A DNA stretch of 64,000 bases from Eledone cirrhosa (lineage: Eukaryota): positions 20,460,001-20,524,000 of the forward strand of contig OZ024763.1 in assembly GCA_964016885.1 (NCBI GenBank), read 5' to 3'. The position numbers and the translations under genes were made by a program. Under the pieces are notes generated by a model, which was given only the letters and a program-made list of their open reading frames with translations, had not been told where the DNA came from and ran no database searches. This document shows positions 44,050 to 57,547 of the stretch, in pieces. Numbering within the stretch: position 1 is the stretch's first letter; each line of letters starts with the position of its first letter.

Positions 44050-44134
44050 GTTTTCTATATTTTGTGCCACAAACACAACGTAGACGCAACAGAAGCCAAA
44101 CTGTGTGAACAGGATAAAAATATTGATGACAATC
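44050..44134 (-). CDS. SLC36 exon
   Basis: IVINIFILFTQFGFCCVYVVFVAQNIEN contains the TQxGFCCVY motif. Phase-consistent with its neighbours. Confidence 0.93.
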
Positions 44135-44329
44135 CTGAAAATAAATATAGATATTTGTCTGTAATATTTCAAAAACGACATCATCATCATCATCATCATA
44201 ATAATAATGAAATAATAATGAAATTATTGTGTACAGTGCTCAGGTGCACTACAACTCATCAAAGGTGCATGTATAGTACATAGAATAATGTACAAATGTC
44301 AGGAAAATGAAGTGTATGAGTCATGATAT

Positions 44330-47300
44330 AATAATAATAATAATAATAATGTTTTCTTTATTAACCACAAGGGTTTACATAAAGTAGACATTAAGGACAG
44401 TACAGGACAATACAGGACGGTACAAATGGGCATTTTTGCGTGTAAAAAAAAACAGAGGATGTAATAAAATAACAAAGAAAAATTCCCCAATAGGGGGAGA
44501 CTTCCGAGGAACATTTGTGGAGAAAGCCCATTAAAAGACCAGTGACCCTGACCACCAGGGCAAGTGCCTTCTCCCAGTTTTCCACCTTTAATTTACAGAC
44601 ACATACTCAGAGTAGGCCCATTCACTCGGGCCATACTTGCTTCTCTCACCCATCTTTCAACAAAATGCTGGGAAGAGAGCACTTCCCTCTCTACCCTGAT
44701 TTTCCTTTTCAAATGAAATTTGAAAAAGTTAATCAGGGCATCACCGAAGAGGTAAGTGCTCGTCTTCAGCCCTTTCAAACGTGTCCACCATACTATCTCT
44801 TTCGCCATGGTCACCAGACAGATAAAAACTGCCTGCCCTTCCCGGCTAAAGGAAGAGGGCGGGGCAATCCTCACGATGGACTCAGCTGATAGCTGGATCC
44901 GTCCTACACGTGACAGCAGATGTTCGACATAAACCCACAAGTCAGCAATGCTCGGACACTGGACGAGTGTGTGCAGGACAGTTTCGTCGCCCTGCGCGCA
45001 TCTCGGACATGCCCGGCTGACGGCACCTCCATGCCTGTAGAGTTTATCCTGAACTGGCAAAGCTCCCCGGTAGCACTGCCAGGCCAGGGATTTCTGGAAG
45101 TTGTCCATAGGCCCCGGCCCAAAAGTCCTTCCGAAGAGATTGGCTAGTTGATTTTCGTCGACGCCTAGAGTTTCTCCAAGTACGTCGTCGCTCTTCCCTT
45201 CCACTAATCCTCTATAGAACGCCAAGGTGGAGTTTCCACCGATCACATTGCCCGATTGGTCGAGGGCTGTGAGCACCTGAAGACATTCCAGTCTCCAAGC
45301 GCTCCCTCTTGGTCTTCGCTTGACCTAGCACTGCAGCTCCGTCAAGGAGACGAGCTGGGGAAAGACGTGTCTAGCAAACGGCGACCACACCTGATCACCG
45401 TCAAGGAAGAAGTAGAGATGTCGTAGCCTGAGCGCGTGTCTGCGCATCATCAGCCACGGCATGCCCAGCCCTCCACGTAGCGGATGTTGACAGCAGATGG
45501 ACCGCCTGACCATCGGAGCGCGTCCCTTCCACAAAAAGCGAAAGAGCAAACGCTCCAGCGCAGTCAGGCGGGGCTTAGGACAAGGTACGACGGTCAGGCG
45601 GTAGTAGATGATGGATACGATGTACGCGTTAGCCACCTCCGCTCGACCTTTCAGGGATAGCTTCCTCTCGACCCATTTCTGGTTGAGAGAAGCCACCCTG
45701 CTCGTCACCTCGTCCCAGTTTTTGTCCGTCTGGAGGTCCGGACCAAACCAGACCCCTAGCAATTTAACCAGTCCGTCCGTCCAGCGCCCGACGACGCTGT
45801 TGGACGGCATGGACCTGCCTCTCCAGGTGCCGAGCTGCAGGCCCACTGACTTTTCCTGGTTGATCATTGCTCCTGTCACCGCTTCGTATTCTCTTAGTGT
45901 AGTGCCGATCGCCTCGATGTGTTTGGCGTTCGACACCACTACGGTGACATCGTCCGCATATACTGACACGGATCTTCTGCATCCTAGTTCGCGCGGGACC
46001 CCCCTCAACGTCTCCAGTTTGTGCAGTAATGGCTCGAGAGTCAATACGTACAAGAGGGACGAGAGGGGACATCCTTGGCGGACCGAGCACATGATGTTGA
46101 ACGGTTCCGAAAGGTGACCGTTCACTGTCACCACAGAGCAGATGTCGCTGTGCATGGCAGCGATCCAGCCTCTGAAGACGGGCCCAAAGCCAGCCGCCCT
46201 CAGGACTGCCGCTAGGTAACGATGGTCGACCCTATCGAAAGCTTTCGACTGATCTAAATTTATCAAAGACCCACCCGTGCCAGGTTCCCTAGCTACCCTC
46301 TCTACGATGTATCACATGAGGTGGAGGTTGTCGTGGATGGATCTGTTGGGAATGGCGCATGTCTGCGCCTCTCCCACCAGACCACCAACAACAAGCGCCA
46401 ACCGCTTTGCTAGCACCTTGGCCAAAATCTTGAACTCTGTGTTTAGCAGAGTTATGGACCTAAAATTATCTATGTTATCCCCCTTGTTCGGATCCTTTCT
46501 CAGCAGCGCCACCGCTCCTCGGCTCACAGAGCTGGGAATTCTCCCGTTCTGTTGCCAGTTGCAGTAGACGTCCGCCAAGAGGCCTCCGAACAAGTCTGGC
46601 ATCTGTACGTAAAGCTCATAGGGCAGACCATCAAAACCAGGCGATTTACCCCTTGTGCAGCCAGTCATTGCTTCCCATACTTCAGCGGCTGTTATCGGCT
46701 TTTCGCAACACTTCGCCTCAGTGGCCGAGAGCCGCGGCAGTCCGTCGAGGTAGACACTAAAGTCCATCCCTCTACCCGGCCCGCCGCTGCCCCCGAACAG
46801 TTGAGCGAAGTGTCGCTGAAAAGCTTCACACATTTGCCCGGGATCGAGTAGCATGCGCCCGTCGTGGTCCACCAAAGACCGGATCGTGGCTTTGTTGCCA
46901 CGACGCGCCTCCGCCACTCGGGCCCATTGAACGGCTTTCGTCCCCTCGTGTCTGAGATCACGCACCCTAGCTCTGACAACGCAGCCTTCGTGCTTTGCAT
47001 TGAAGAATTGTTCAAGGGCCAATTTCGCCGCAAGTACATCAGTCGCGATGCCTTTGCTAAGCGCCTCGTCTAATTTTCTAACTAACTCTCCCTCTGCTCT
47101 ATTTTTCTCTATTGCTAAAGCCTTACTAAACCTAATGGACTCTATTCTAATTGCTCTTTTCAGAGCAAACCACCACTTGTTGTTGACGATGGCCCCCGTC
47201 AACGCCCGCTTAACTAGTTCGCTAATCCGGTCTCTGTAGGCTTGCGCGATGGTAAGGACGCGTTTAGCTTCCAGTAGCCGGGTCCTCATCTATGAAGCCT

Positions 47301-49700
47301 ATCTAAGTCAAGCACACAGATCACGAATTTGTGGTCCGTGTAGCTGACTATCTTGAATTGTGGACAGCCTATGCTAGACCTATCTATTTCCCTACAAAAT
47401 ACTCTATCTAGATATGATCTGGATGACCCTATGCGATTTGTCCAAGTCCACATTGGTACATTCGGGAAATCCAATCGGTACCTGTCAGACAGTTCAAAAC
47501 GCCTGAGCAGGTTGGTGAGACTATTGCACCCTCCTCCCCTATCCACTAATCCCACACAGTCCCAGCGTGCATCTAAGATCCCGTTCCAGTCGCCAACTAA
47601 CACTAAAGAGCGGGACGTTCCAAGAAAGGTCTCCAGACGCCGGAAGAAATCAGGCCGCCCTGCTCCTGTCGGGGCATAGACGGCCACTAACCTGAAAGCT
47701 TGCCCGTCTCCGCTGGTCACGTCCAGCACCACCAACTTACCTTCTGGGTCCAGGAAGATGGCCCGTATGGCAAGATCCAAACCTCTCCGAAAAAGCACAG
47801 CAACTCCACCCCCACCCCCGATCCCGGACGGCTGGGAGATGCGTATACATCGTAGCCGCCGAAGATCGGTGCGATGCCCGTGCTTCGGAGATTCCGGTCT
47901 CGCTGATGGCCACTACATCTATGTTTAGTGACCTGAGGTCGTTGAGCAGGTTGCCCTGCTTCCATGACGACCCCAAGCCACGCGCATTTATGCTGCCTAT
48001 TCTGATTGAGGTCATGTTGAAATGGAGTGGAAAAGATGGGAAAGACCACTTACCTTACTTCTCGTAGAGGAAGGACGGTTTTTTCATCCTTTTCACTGCT
48101 TGTGGCCTCCTCAGGAAGGATGTCTTTATAAATCCTCCTGGAGAGTGCTTGTCGGAAGTCTCCGATGTCTTTGGGGAATTTTTGTTTTAGTGTCATGTAC
48201 GTTTTCTGTGTGATGCGAGTGATTTGTATGTGTGGAGGTGGTGTGAATTTTTGGGTTGTTGTGTAGTCTTTTTCTGTGATGCTGGTGTTGTGTTGGATGT
48301 AGTGTAATAATTGATTGTTGTTCAAATTTAATTGTTTCTACTTTAGGCACAAGGCCAGCAATTACCCAGTGCATTACTGGTACTTTATTTTGCACTGGGT
48401 AATTGCTGGCCTTGTTGTTCAAATTTAATGCTGTGTAGTGTGTATCGTTTTGGTTGTTTTGTTTGCGTTTGTTGTGTGTTTGTTTCGGTTTCGCATTTTG
48501 GTGACTTTTGTGGTGTAGGTGATGGTGGTGTTGGGGTTAATGATGGTGATGGTGTTGGTGTTTGGGGTGATGGGGTTGGTGATGCTGGTGTGGATGGTGG
48601 CATATCTGTCCTAACTTTTTTGTTTGTTAATTTATTTGTTTCTCTCTGTATTTTGTTTTTGGAGGGGGAGGGAAGAGAATTTTTTTCTTTTTTGGTTTCT
48701 TTTTTTCTTTTTTCCTGATACCGTTTCCCACTCCTCGTCGTCACAATCTGTCTCCAGTTGTGATAGGCCGGGGAGTGGAAAATCCTCCACAGGCGTTAGT
48801 TTTGGTTGTGGCGTGGTGGTGTAGGCGCTGGTGCTAGTTCTGAAGCGTTGGGTGGTGGTGGTGGTGTTGGTTTTGCTACTGTTGCTGGGGTTGTTGCTGT
48901 TATTGTTGCTTCTGTTGTTGCTGCTACAGTTGTTGCTGCCATCTCTGCTGCTGGTGGTGTTGATGGTTGAGTCACTGGGGTGGGTAGGAGAGGTGGCCTC
49001 AACCTTTTAGCCTGAGGGCAGAAAGCCCTTAGGTGGGTTCCTTCACCACAAACAACACACCTAGGCCTTCTGCCCTCGACAATTACGGTGAGGTGGCTGC
49101 CGTCAGTGAGGTCTATTACCTCTGGGATCTCCTCAATGCTTTTTTGGTCCGCTTGGATCAGGAGCTCCATCCCAGATCTGGACCAGTTCTCCTGCTTTTC
49201 TTTTGCTATTGCTATTATCTTTGTGTTGGCTTCGATGCCGGCGAGGACGGCCGCTATTAGCCAGGGAGTTTCGATGGCCGGTGGAACGTGGGTCACCTGA
49301 TCTTTACGAGTCTCTGGCCACAATAACTTGGGATGAGTGTGAAGTCGTCACTTCTTAATGGGGCCATGGAGAGTTCTCTAGCCTCCTCTGGTGTTTCAAA
49401 GAACACGTCCACGGTTCCATACTTCTGCCCATGTCTGATGTGGGTTTTTCTTGCCCACACATGTCCCAAAGCTTTTTGGATTTGGGACTCGGATGCCCGT
49501 TCCACTCGGCGCGATTTTACATTAATTGTTCGATACGACACGGTGCATAGGCGCCGATGCTCCATTTTATTAGGTGGGGGGGGTGAGGCTGACCCTGTAC
49601 CCATCTTTCTTTACCATTTTTTTGGCATTTTCTAATTCCTCCTGAGTTACCTGAAATGCTTCGCACTCAGGGTGGTTTTTTTAATGTCATTGTTGCTGTT
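44330..49700 (-). mobile_element. Near full-length Tx1/L1-clade LINE, disrupted
   Basis: ORF1 has a zinc knuckle CVVCGEGTHLRAFC. ORF2 has an APE domain (SINARGL, GDWN, YLDR, TDH), RT (DQSKAFDRV, RQGCPLS, YADD) and a C-terminal CPRC..ETVLHTLVQC. Several stops and frameshifts. (TTA)n tail. Confidence 0.92.
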
Positions 49701-49974
49701 GTTGTTATCGTTATTTTTGTTATTATTAATTTTAGTTTCAGTTGTGGTGGTGGTGACATCAGTGGTGTTCGGTGTGGAAGAGTCCATTTTGGTTGAATTC
49801 ATTTTGACATCACGAGTTAATTTATTTTTTTCTTTTGTTTCTGTTGTCGCGGTGGTGGTGGGGGTGGTGGTTGTCGCGGTGGTGGTGGTGTGGCGGCTTT
49901 AACACCTGCAGTCATTGGTAATGGCGGGAAATGAATGTCTGCCTGAGACAAATTTAAAATATTGCTACTGCTTA

Positions 49975-52900
49975 ATAATAATAATAATAATGAAATATTG
50001 TGTACAGTGCCCAGGTGCACCACAACTCATCAAAAAGTGCATGTACAGTACATAGGTCAATGCACAAACATCAGGAAAATGAACAGTGCACGGTCATGTT
50101 ACACACGTGTGCATGTGTATGGAAGGGGTACATTAGCTGTAGTTTTGGCGTATTTCGGGAAGCATGAGTGTCTTAAAGGATGCAGTGTCTCGGCAGCTAA
50201 CAACTGACGCAGGCAGTTTGTTCCATGCTTCAGCAACTCTGAGCGTGAAAAAATGTCTACGAAAGTCATGGGAGCTTTGCTGTTTTCTGATTTTGTAGGC
50301 ATGTCCACGTGTGTTAGACACATGGAGATCAAAAAAGTGCTCAGGGTTGCAATTGGCGAGATGGTTAATAACTTTGTGGGTATTTACCAAGTCCATTGCC
50401 ACACGTTGGAGCTTCAATGAATCCATGCCCAGGGAAGCAAGGCGTTCAGAGTATGGTAGGTGTCTGATGGAGGGTATGCGCTTGGTTGCACGTGTCTGAA
50501 CAGTTTCCAGGAGGTCAATGTTCTGAGCAAGATAGGGGTTCCAGACTGATGATGCAAATTCCAAGTGTGGTCGTACCATAGCTGTATACAGTTTTAAATA
50601 GATGGCTGGAGAGCGGCTAACAAAGGTCTTGCTGAGTGATGCCAAGACACCCTCGGCCTTCTTGACAATCTTAGAGACATGCTTTGTCCAACGCAAATCG
50701 CTGCTGACAGTAATGCCCAGGTCACGTTCACAAGAGGACTTCTTGATATCAGTGTTGTGGAGGGAGTATTTGGACGCTGGATTTTTCCTCCCAAAATGCA
50801 TGGTGGTACACTTGTCCACAGCCAGCTTCAGTTGCCAGTCTGTGATCCATTGCTGCATTGTATCCAGGTCTGATTGTAGGAAAGAGTTGTAGATTTCAGG
50901 ATCAGTCCTTTTGATTTCAAGGTACAGCTTGATGTCATCTGCATATTTCAGTACCGTGGCATTCTGTAAGTTGGCATCTATGTCATTAATATATGCCACA
51001 AACAAAAGGGGGCCAAGAACAGATCCCTGTGGTACACCAGATGACATCTCATATGGTGAAGAATGCTGTCCTAGAACCGTGACTACTACTTTTCGGCTGA
51101 GAATGAAGGATTTCAACCAGTCGAAAAGATCATCCCTCACACCCATTGCAGAGAGTTTTGCCATAAGTCTTTTGTGTGGCACAGAATTAAAAGCCTTAGC
51201 AAAATCAAGGTAAACAACATCCACCCATGAGCCGCTGTCAGTGATCCGGGTGATGTCTTCAAGGAACTCGATAAGCTGATCACAGCAGCTGGAGTTAGGG
51301 ATAAATCCAAACTGTGAGGGCCAGATGAGGCTGTGAGAGCTCCAGAAGTTCCAAAGTGTTTCTCTGACACAGGATTCCATCAGTTTGGCCATACAGCTAG
51401 TAAGACTGACTGGACGATAGTTGACAGGTGACATGCGGTTGCCCTTTTTGAACAGGGGAATGACACTGGCAGTTTTCCACTGCTCCGGAGTAGCACCATT
51501 GTCGAGACAGTATTGAAAGAAGAAAGAAAGCTGGCGCAAAAGGAAATACCCGCCACGTTTGAGAAGCAGGTATGTAACACCATCAAGACCAGGGGAGGCA
51601 TAGTTGCGCTTATTCTTAAGGTGACGTCGCAACATTGCAGGTGTAAATTCCATAGTTGTTATGGAATTTGATGTTAGAGATGGTGGAGATGGTACATTCT
51701 GGTTTTCAACAGTAAAAATACTTGCATAGCACTCAGCAATGAGTTCTGCGCATTCTTTGGGATCGTCAGTGATCTGGCTTGTGTGGGGATTGCGAAGAGG
51801 ACCAACTGGAGAGTGAGGTCTCTGCTTTGAATGAACATATTTCCAGAACACCTTACTGTCAGGATTGGTTGCTATGCACTGTTCAAATTCAAGCACTGCC
51901 TTCTTTGTCACTTGCTTGAGATGGTTAGAAGATTTATTCCGCTTTTTTCTGTTGGCATCTGATTTATGCAGTTTATATTCCCGTTCAGCGTTCCAACGTT
52001 CTTTCCTGGCAAGTCGGACCGCTGAAGTTTCCCAAATTGCACTTTTGGGGTGGTTTTTTTTCTGCTTACGTGGCACCGATGCTGCACACGCTATCCATAT
52101 TGAGTCCAGGATGCTCTGGAGTATAGTGTTCACATCTCCAGAGTTATACATCTCATGCCAGTTTGGGCGCTGTAGCTCAGTGCAGTACAAGTTCCAATCT
52201 GCTTTCTTCCAATCAAAGCAAGCAGATTGGAGATGGCTCTGGTTTTTGTTGCTGCCCTCAAGTGCCAGATTGGCAATGATCATAGCATGATCAGAGTCGC
52301 CTAGAGGTTCCTCAGTAGTACAACTGATAACCACTTCAGGAGTAGTGGTGAAGATCAGGTCCAAAGTGTTGTCACCTCTTGCAGGAGAGGTGACTACTTG
52401 TGACCAGTTTGAGTCCAGCACTAGTTCAAGGAAATCGTTTGCACCTTGTGGCCAACGAAAGGTTTCCCAATCGATCTCAGGATGATTGAAGTCACCTGCA
52501 ATAAACACATAAGTGGCTGTTTTCTTGGCAGCAACTCTGAGAATATCGCAAAGCTGTGTGTCCTGATGGTAGTTTGGGGGGCGATAAACAACACCAAGCA
52601 GAAGTGTTGACATGGTCATACGTATGTCACAGAAAAAAACTTCTTCCTGTGATTCGTTCAAATCAACGCAAGGAATTACCGAAAAGTTTGAACGAACGTA
52701 GACCATCACACCACCACCACGGCGATTAATGCGGTCCTTGCGGAAAAGGTTGTACCCAGTAATGATGAAAACCCCATCACAGAGTAAGGAATGTGCCCAT
52801 GTTTCCGTGACTGTGATGAAGTCAGGGTCGATGCTTCTGACGTAGGATTCGAACAGATGTATCTTGTTGCATAAACTGCGAGCATTTAAGGACAACAATT

Positions 52901-53060
52901 TGTACCCTGCTCGCAGTTTATGATGGTGTGTAGAGGGTGGCAGGTTGTTCTGGTTTAGTTTCCCAGAGTTGTAGCAGTTTTTTCATTGCCAGTTATTGTG
53001 GGTAGAGCACGCTCAGACCAGCTGGTATCTCTCGTCCATGTCCACACGTGGTTTGTTGAC
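49975..53060 (-). mobile_element. CR1-clade LINE with an uninterrupted APE-RT ORF2 (50133-52898, 921 aa)
   Basis: NARSL/TETW/GDFN/DLIF/SDH endonuclease motifs, YLDFAKAFNSVPH, SGVPQGSVLGP, YADD and TRGHAYKI...FFTLRV...WNKLP. (TTA)n tail. Confidence 0.93.
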
Positions 53061-54114
53061 GAAAATCAAGTCAAATTAAATATACTTCGTTAAAATAATT
53101 CTATGTTGAAGCTGATACTAGTTGTCAGGGAACAGTCAGAGTAATTGTAATAATGAATATTGTAATCCATCTGACATGTGTTTAAAGGGCAGTTTTTGGT
53201 GAAAATATTATAATAATTGTTTAATGTTCATTTTCCACACTAGCATGGGTGTGTGTGTGTGTGTGTGTGTGACAGCTCACACCTATGCAGGTTTAGCTGG
53301 CCTCCTCCAAGGTATATCTCATTGGAGGTGTCTTGAGTAATTTAATGATAGGGACCCCAGTCCTATCAGCTCATTTCTACAACTGAGTAAACTGGAGCAA
53401 CGTGAAATAAAGTGTCTTGCTCAAGGAAACAACACATCACCCAGTCCGAGAATTGAACTCACAACCTTTCGATCGCAAGCCCAATGCTCTAACCACTAAG
53501 CCATGCGCCTTCATGGGTAGGACGGGTTGACTCTTTGAGAGAGAATCAGGTCAGAGGACCGTGTTTTGCTCACCCAGGGCTGATTTAAATTTTCAATTTT
53601 GCAAAAGCTGGTGCAGTAATGTATCAGCTTCAGAATTCAGTAATCAGAAGAAGGGAGCTAGGTGTAAAAGCCAAACTCACTATCTTCAATTTCATGCCAA
53701 CTCTTACCTATGGTCATGAATCTTGGGTAATGACCGAAAGAATATGATCGCAAATACAAGTGGCTGAAATAGAGTGTGTAGGTCAGAGATTAGAGAGGCA
53801 CTCCAGATAGAGCCACTACTTCTCCAAATTGAGAGATCACAGCTCCAATACTATGGACATGTGGTTAGAATGTCTCAGGAAAGAATCACTGGACAGATTT
53901 AACAGGCGAAACCAACTAGCAGGAGACCCAGGGGTAGACCTCGAGCAAGATGGTTGGATAACATCCATGAGCTTGGCTGGTCTTGCTTGGGAATCCAGCT
54001 GGATCAGTTGGAGACAGTTACTTCTGAAAGGACCGCTGGAAGGAGGGTTTGAGAACTCTGACACGACAACCATCTCAGGAATAAGTGGGCGAATAAAAAG
54101 ACATTTCTTCTTAC

Positions 54115-54207
54115 CTGAATGCTCGTGAAAACCGTCGTAATGAGGGTGGCCCAGTTTGTAAACAGCTCTCCACAACATCAGCATAATCCAGGGTTATTGA
54201 AGAAGTT
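54115..54207 (-). CDS. SLC36 exon
   Basis: AG/GT-bounded, phase 2/2. TSSITLDYADVVESCLQTGPPSLRRFSRAF(R). Confidence 0.88.
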
Positions 54208-54375
54208 CTGTAAAAGGAGGAAAATCATTTAGACAAGGTTGACTTACAACAGAGTTCAGCTACGAAGGTTGCAACGGTTCACTTGAGGTTAAAATAGGGG
54301 GCTGTTGGTTACTTATACATTATTACGATTAGTACATCGCAGACAAAATTATTCGTAATATTTGGTTGCAGTCCT

Positions 54376-56031
54376 TTAGCCCTTTAGCATTTACATTACT
54401 CTTGTATTTTCACAGTATACTATTGTATTTTCGCAGTAAAGGTTTTACCTCACATAACATTTACATTACTCTATATATACTATTGTATTTTCACAGTAAA
54501 GGCTTTACCTCACATAACATCTCACATAACATTTACATTACTCTATACATACTATTGTATTTCCACAGAAAAGGCTTTACCTCACATAATATTTCCCATA
54601 ACATTTACATTACTCTATACATACTATTGTATTTCCACAGAAAAGGCTTTACCTCACATAATATCTCACATAACATTTACATTACTCTATATATACTATT
54701 GTATTTCCACAGAAAAGGCTTTACCTCACATAATATTTCCCATAACATTTACATTACTCTATACATACTATTGTATTTCCACAGAAAAGGCTTTATCTCA
54801 CATAATATTTCCCATAACATTTACATTACTCTATACATACTATTGTATTTTCACAGTAAAGGCTTTACCTCACATAATATCTCACATAACATCTACATTA
54901 CTCTACATTACTATTGTATTTTCACAGTAAAGGTTTTACCTCACATAATATCTCACATAGCATTTACATTACTCTATGCTGTGCTAAATAGGACCCATCC
55001 CACCCTTGCAAGCAGGGAAAAGCGGACGTAAAATGATGATGATGATGATGATGATATATATACTATTGTATTTTCACAGTAAAGGTTTTACCTTAGATAA
55101 TATTTCACATAACATTTACGTTACTCAATATGTACTATTGTATTTTCACAGTAAAGGCTTTACCTCACATAGCATTTACATTACTCTATATATACTATTG
55201 TATTTTCAGAGTAAAGGCTTTACCTCACTTAATATCTCACATAGCATTTACATTACTCTATATATACTATTGTATTTTCAGAGTAAAGGCTTTACCTCAC
55301 TTAATATCTCACATAACATTTACATTACTCTATATATACTATTATATTTTCATAGTAAAGGCTTTATCTTACATAATATTGATTTTGATATTATTTATTT
55401 TGAAATTCTGAATTTCAAATCCTTCCGAGATCAACTTTGCCTTTCATCTTTGTGGTGGTGGTGGTGGTGATGGTGGTTGGGGGAGGCACAAGTAGAAAAC
55501 CCCTAACTTTGGCCAGTTCCATTAATTTAACCCTTTAACATTTAAACAGACTGTATCCAACCAGAATTCTTTCACCTCTTTCTGTTCAAACTGGCCATAA
55601 GTGGCCACTCATACTGATGTTAAGGTATTGTTCTCAAAAATAAATAATATCAAAATCTCATAGATTCAATATTATGTGAGGTAAAACCTTTACTGTGAAA
55701 ATACAATAGTATATATAGAGTAATGTAAATGTTATGTGAGATATTATGTAAGGTAAAGCCTTTACTGTGAAAATACAATAGTATATATAGAGTAATGTAA
55801 ATGTTATGTGAGACATTATGTGAGGTAAAGCTTTTACTGTGAAAATACAATAGTACATATAGAGTAATGTAAATGTTATGTGAGATATTATGTGAGGTAA
55901 AGACTTTACCATGAAAATACAATAGTATATATAGAGTAATGTAAATGTTATGTGAGATATTATGTGAGGTAAAGACTTTACCATGAAAATACAATAGTAT
56001 ATATAGAGTAATGTAAATGCTAAAGGGTTAA
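54376..56031. repeat. 60/72-bp satellite arrays in opposite orientations (54376-55380 and 55670-56031), derived from the TTAA MITE
   Basis: Unit catttacattactctatatatactattgtattttcacagtaaaggctttacctcacataatatctcacataa. The same unit occurs at 205-685. Confidence 0.88.
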
Positions 56032-56067
56032 ATTCCTCTCAGAAAATATCAAATATTCAATGCTCAC

Positions 56068-56156
56068 CGTTCACATAGCTTATGACTGCAGTTGACAAGA
56101 ATGTGCATACAATGTGTAGCTATACAACCCAGAAATAATATCCCAGCAAAACCAAC
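56068..56156 (-). CDS. SLC36 proton-coupled amino acid transporter, first exon visible in the window
   Basis: AG/GT-bounded. VGFAGILFLGCIATHCMHILVNCSHKLCE(R) contains the SLC36/PAT HCMHILV motif. Confidence 0.9.
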
Positions 56157-56726
56157 CTGAAAAATATAATTGTTTTTAAATAATTACAGTCTAATTAAAT
56201 ACAACTTTACAATTTATTTATTAAATCAATGTAAACTTCTCTTTACAGGTAAAACTAACTGGTAAGAGACCAAGGGTTACACCCCAAGCAAGATGGTTGG
56301 ATAACATCCATGAGCTTGGCTGGTCTCACTTGGGGATCCAGCCAGATCAGTTGGAGATGGTTGCTCCTGACAGGACCTGCTGGAAGGAGTGTTTGAGGAC
56401 TCTGCCCCCATGACCCTCTCTCTCAGGAATAAATGAGCGTATAAGAAGAATATAAACTTCTACAGTGGAGTGTCTAGATGTGCTATGCAAGAATGGAAAA
56501 CAGATACATGATGATATATATATATATATGTATGTAAAAGGTAAACAGAAATAACAACACAATCGGTACAGTATATGGAAGGTATATATTAGGTTAACGC
56601 TAAGGTAAACATTGATGCAATTCAATTCAAGCACTCAACATACTTTTTCCACATAGGAATGACAGGGTATATTTAGAATAAGAAAATGCGAAGTAGTTTC
56701 AGATGTTAAAGTCCTTTAATGATAAT

Positions 56727-56801
56727 GCTGTGATACATATTTCAATGACGACACTGGCCACATGATTCCGTGTACCCAGTGCCGTGACATCATCAGACAG
56801 C
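56727..56801 (-). ncRNA. Hammerhead-like motif (family D)
   Basis: gctgt-CTGATGA-...acggcactgg/ccagtgtcgt...-GAAatatgtatC-acagc. Stem I is a perfect 5 bp, but the base of stem II is imperfect. Confidence 0.55.
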
Positions 56802-57259
56802 TTCTTACATAATAAGGTTATGATATTACATAATAAGGTTATGGGGTATTGAACCACACACATATTAATAGGAACTAGATCTATTATTTTAACGAAACAC
56901 TGGCAATAAATAATATATACTTATATTTTATCTATATTTACCCCTAATTAAACTTATTATTATCTTTTATCCAGGGCGGTGGATTGGAGGTAATCAGTAG
57001 AGCATCAGACATGCTTTGCAGCACAGAGTTATGGCCCTTTGCGTCCGGAGTTCAGGATTTGAACTCAGGACGTAAAGGGCCATAACTCTATGCTGAAAAG
57101 CATCTGTCACTACCATAACAAAAGTCTGATGAGCTTTTTATTCCAGAGTCAGGCCCAATCAATACAGATCAAACCTTGAGCTGATCAATCACGAAACGCG
57201 AGTCACACCTCGTTAAATGTAATGAAGATTTAACACATTTTATTATTAATTATAAAACA

Positions 57260-57452
57260 AGGGGCGGAGATTGGCACTATCGGTAGAGGGTCGGATACCA
57301 TGCTTTCCAGCATAGAGTTACCTCCCTTTATGCTCTCAGTTCAAATCCTGCCAAGCTTAACTTTGCGTTTCATCCTTATGGGGCTGATAAAATAAAGTAC
57401 CAGTAATGCACTAGGATAATTGCTGGCCTTGGCCAAAAGTAGAAACAATTAT
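57260..57452 (+). mobile_element. tRNA-derived SINE family 2 (Meta-domain-like)
   Basis: Family core gagttcaaatcc...gcctttcatccttacggggtcgataaaataaagtaccagt. Copies near 2195-2630, 6410-6498, 7860-8150, 10432-10625, 11340-11465, 27310-27410, 43075-43495, 43820-44010 and 58340-58700. Confidence 0.85.
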
Positions 57453-57547
57453 TAAGCACAAAATGTAGACACCAACCCGAGGCTGAGGTATTTTGTACTT
57501 CTCTGTACTGTTATTTATATATTCGTGTACAGATATTTTTCATACAC

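Noticed and set aside
54366-55470. ORFs with 24-aa repeats (NIYITLYILLYFHRKGFTSHNISH)
   Set aside because: Translation of the 72-bp MITE-derived satellite, antisense within an intron.
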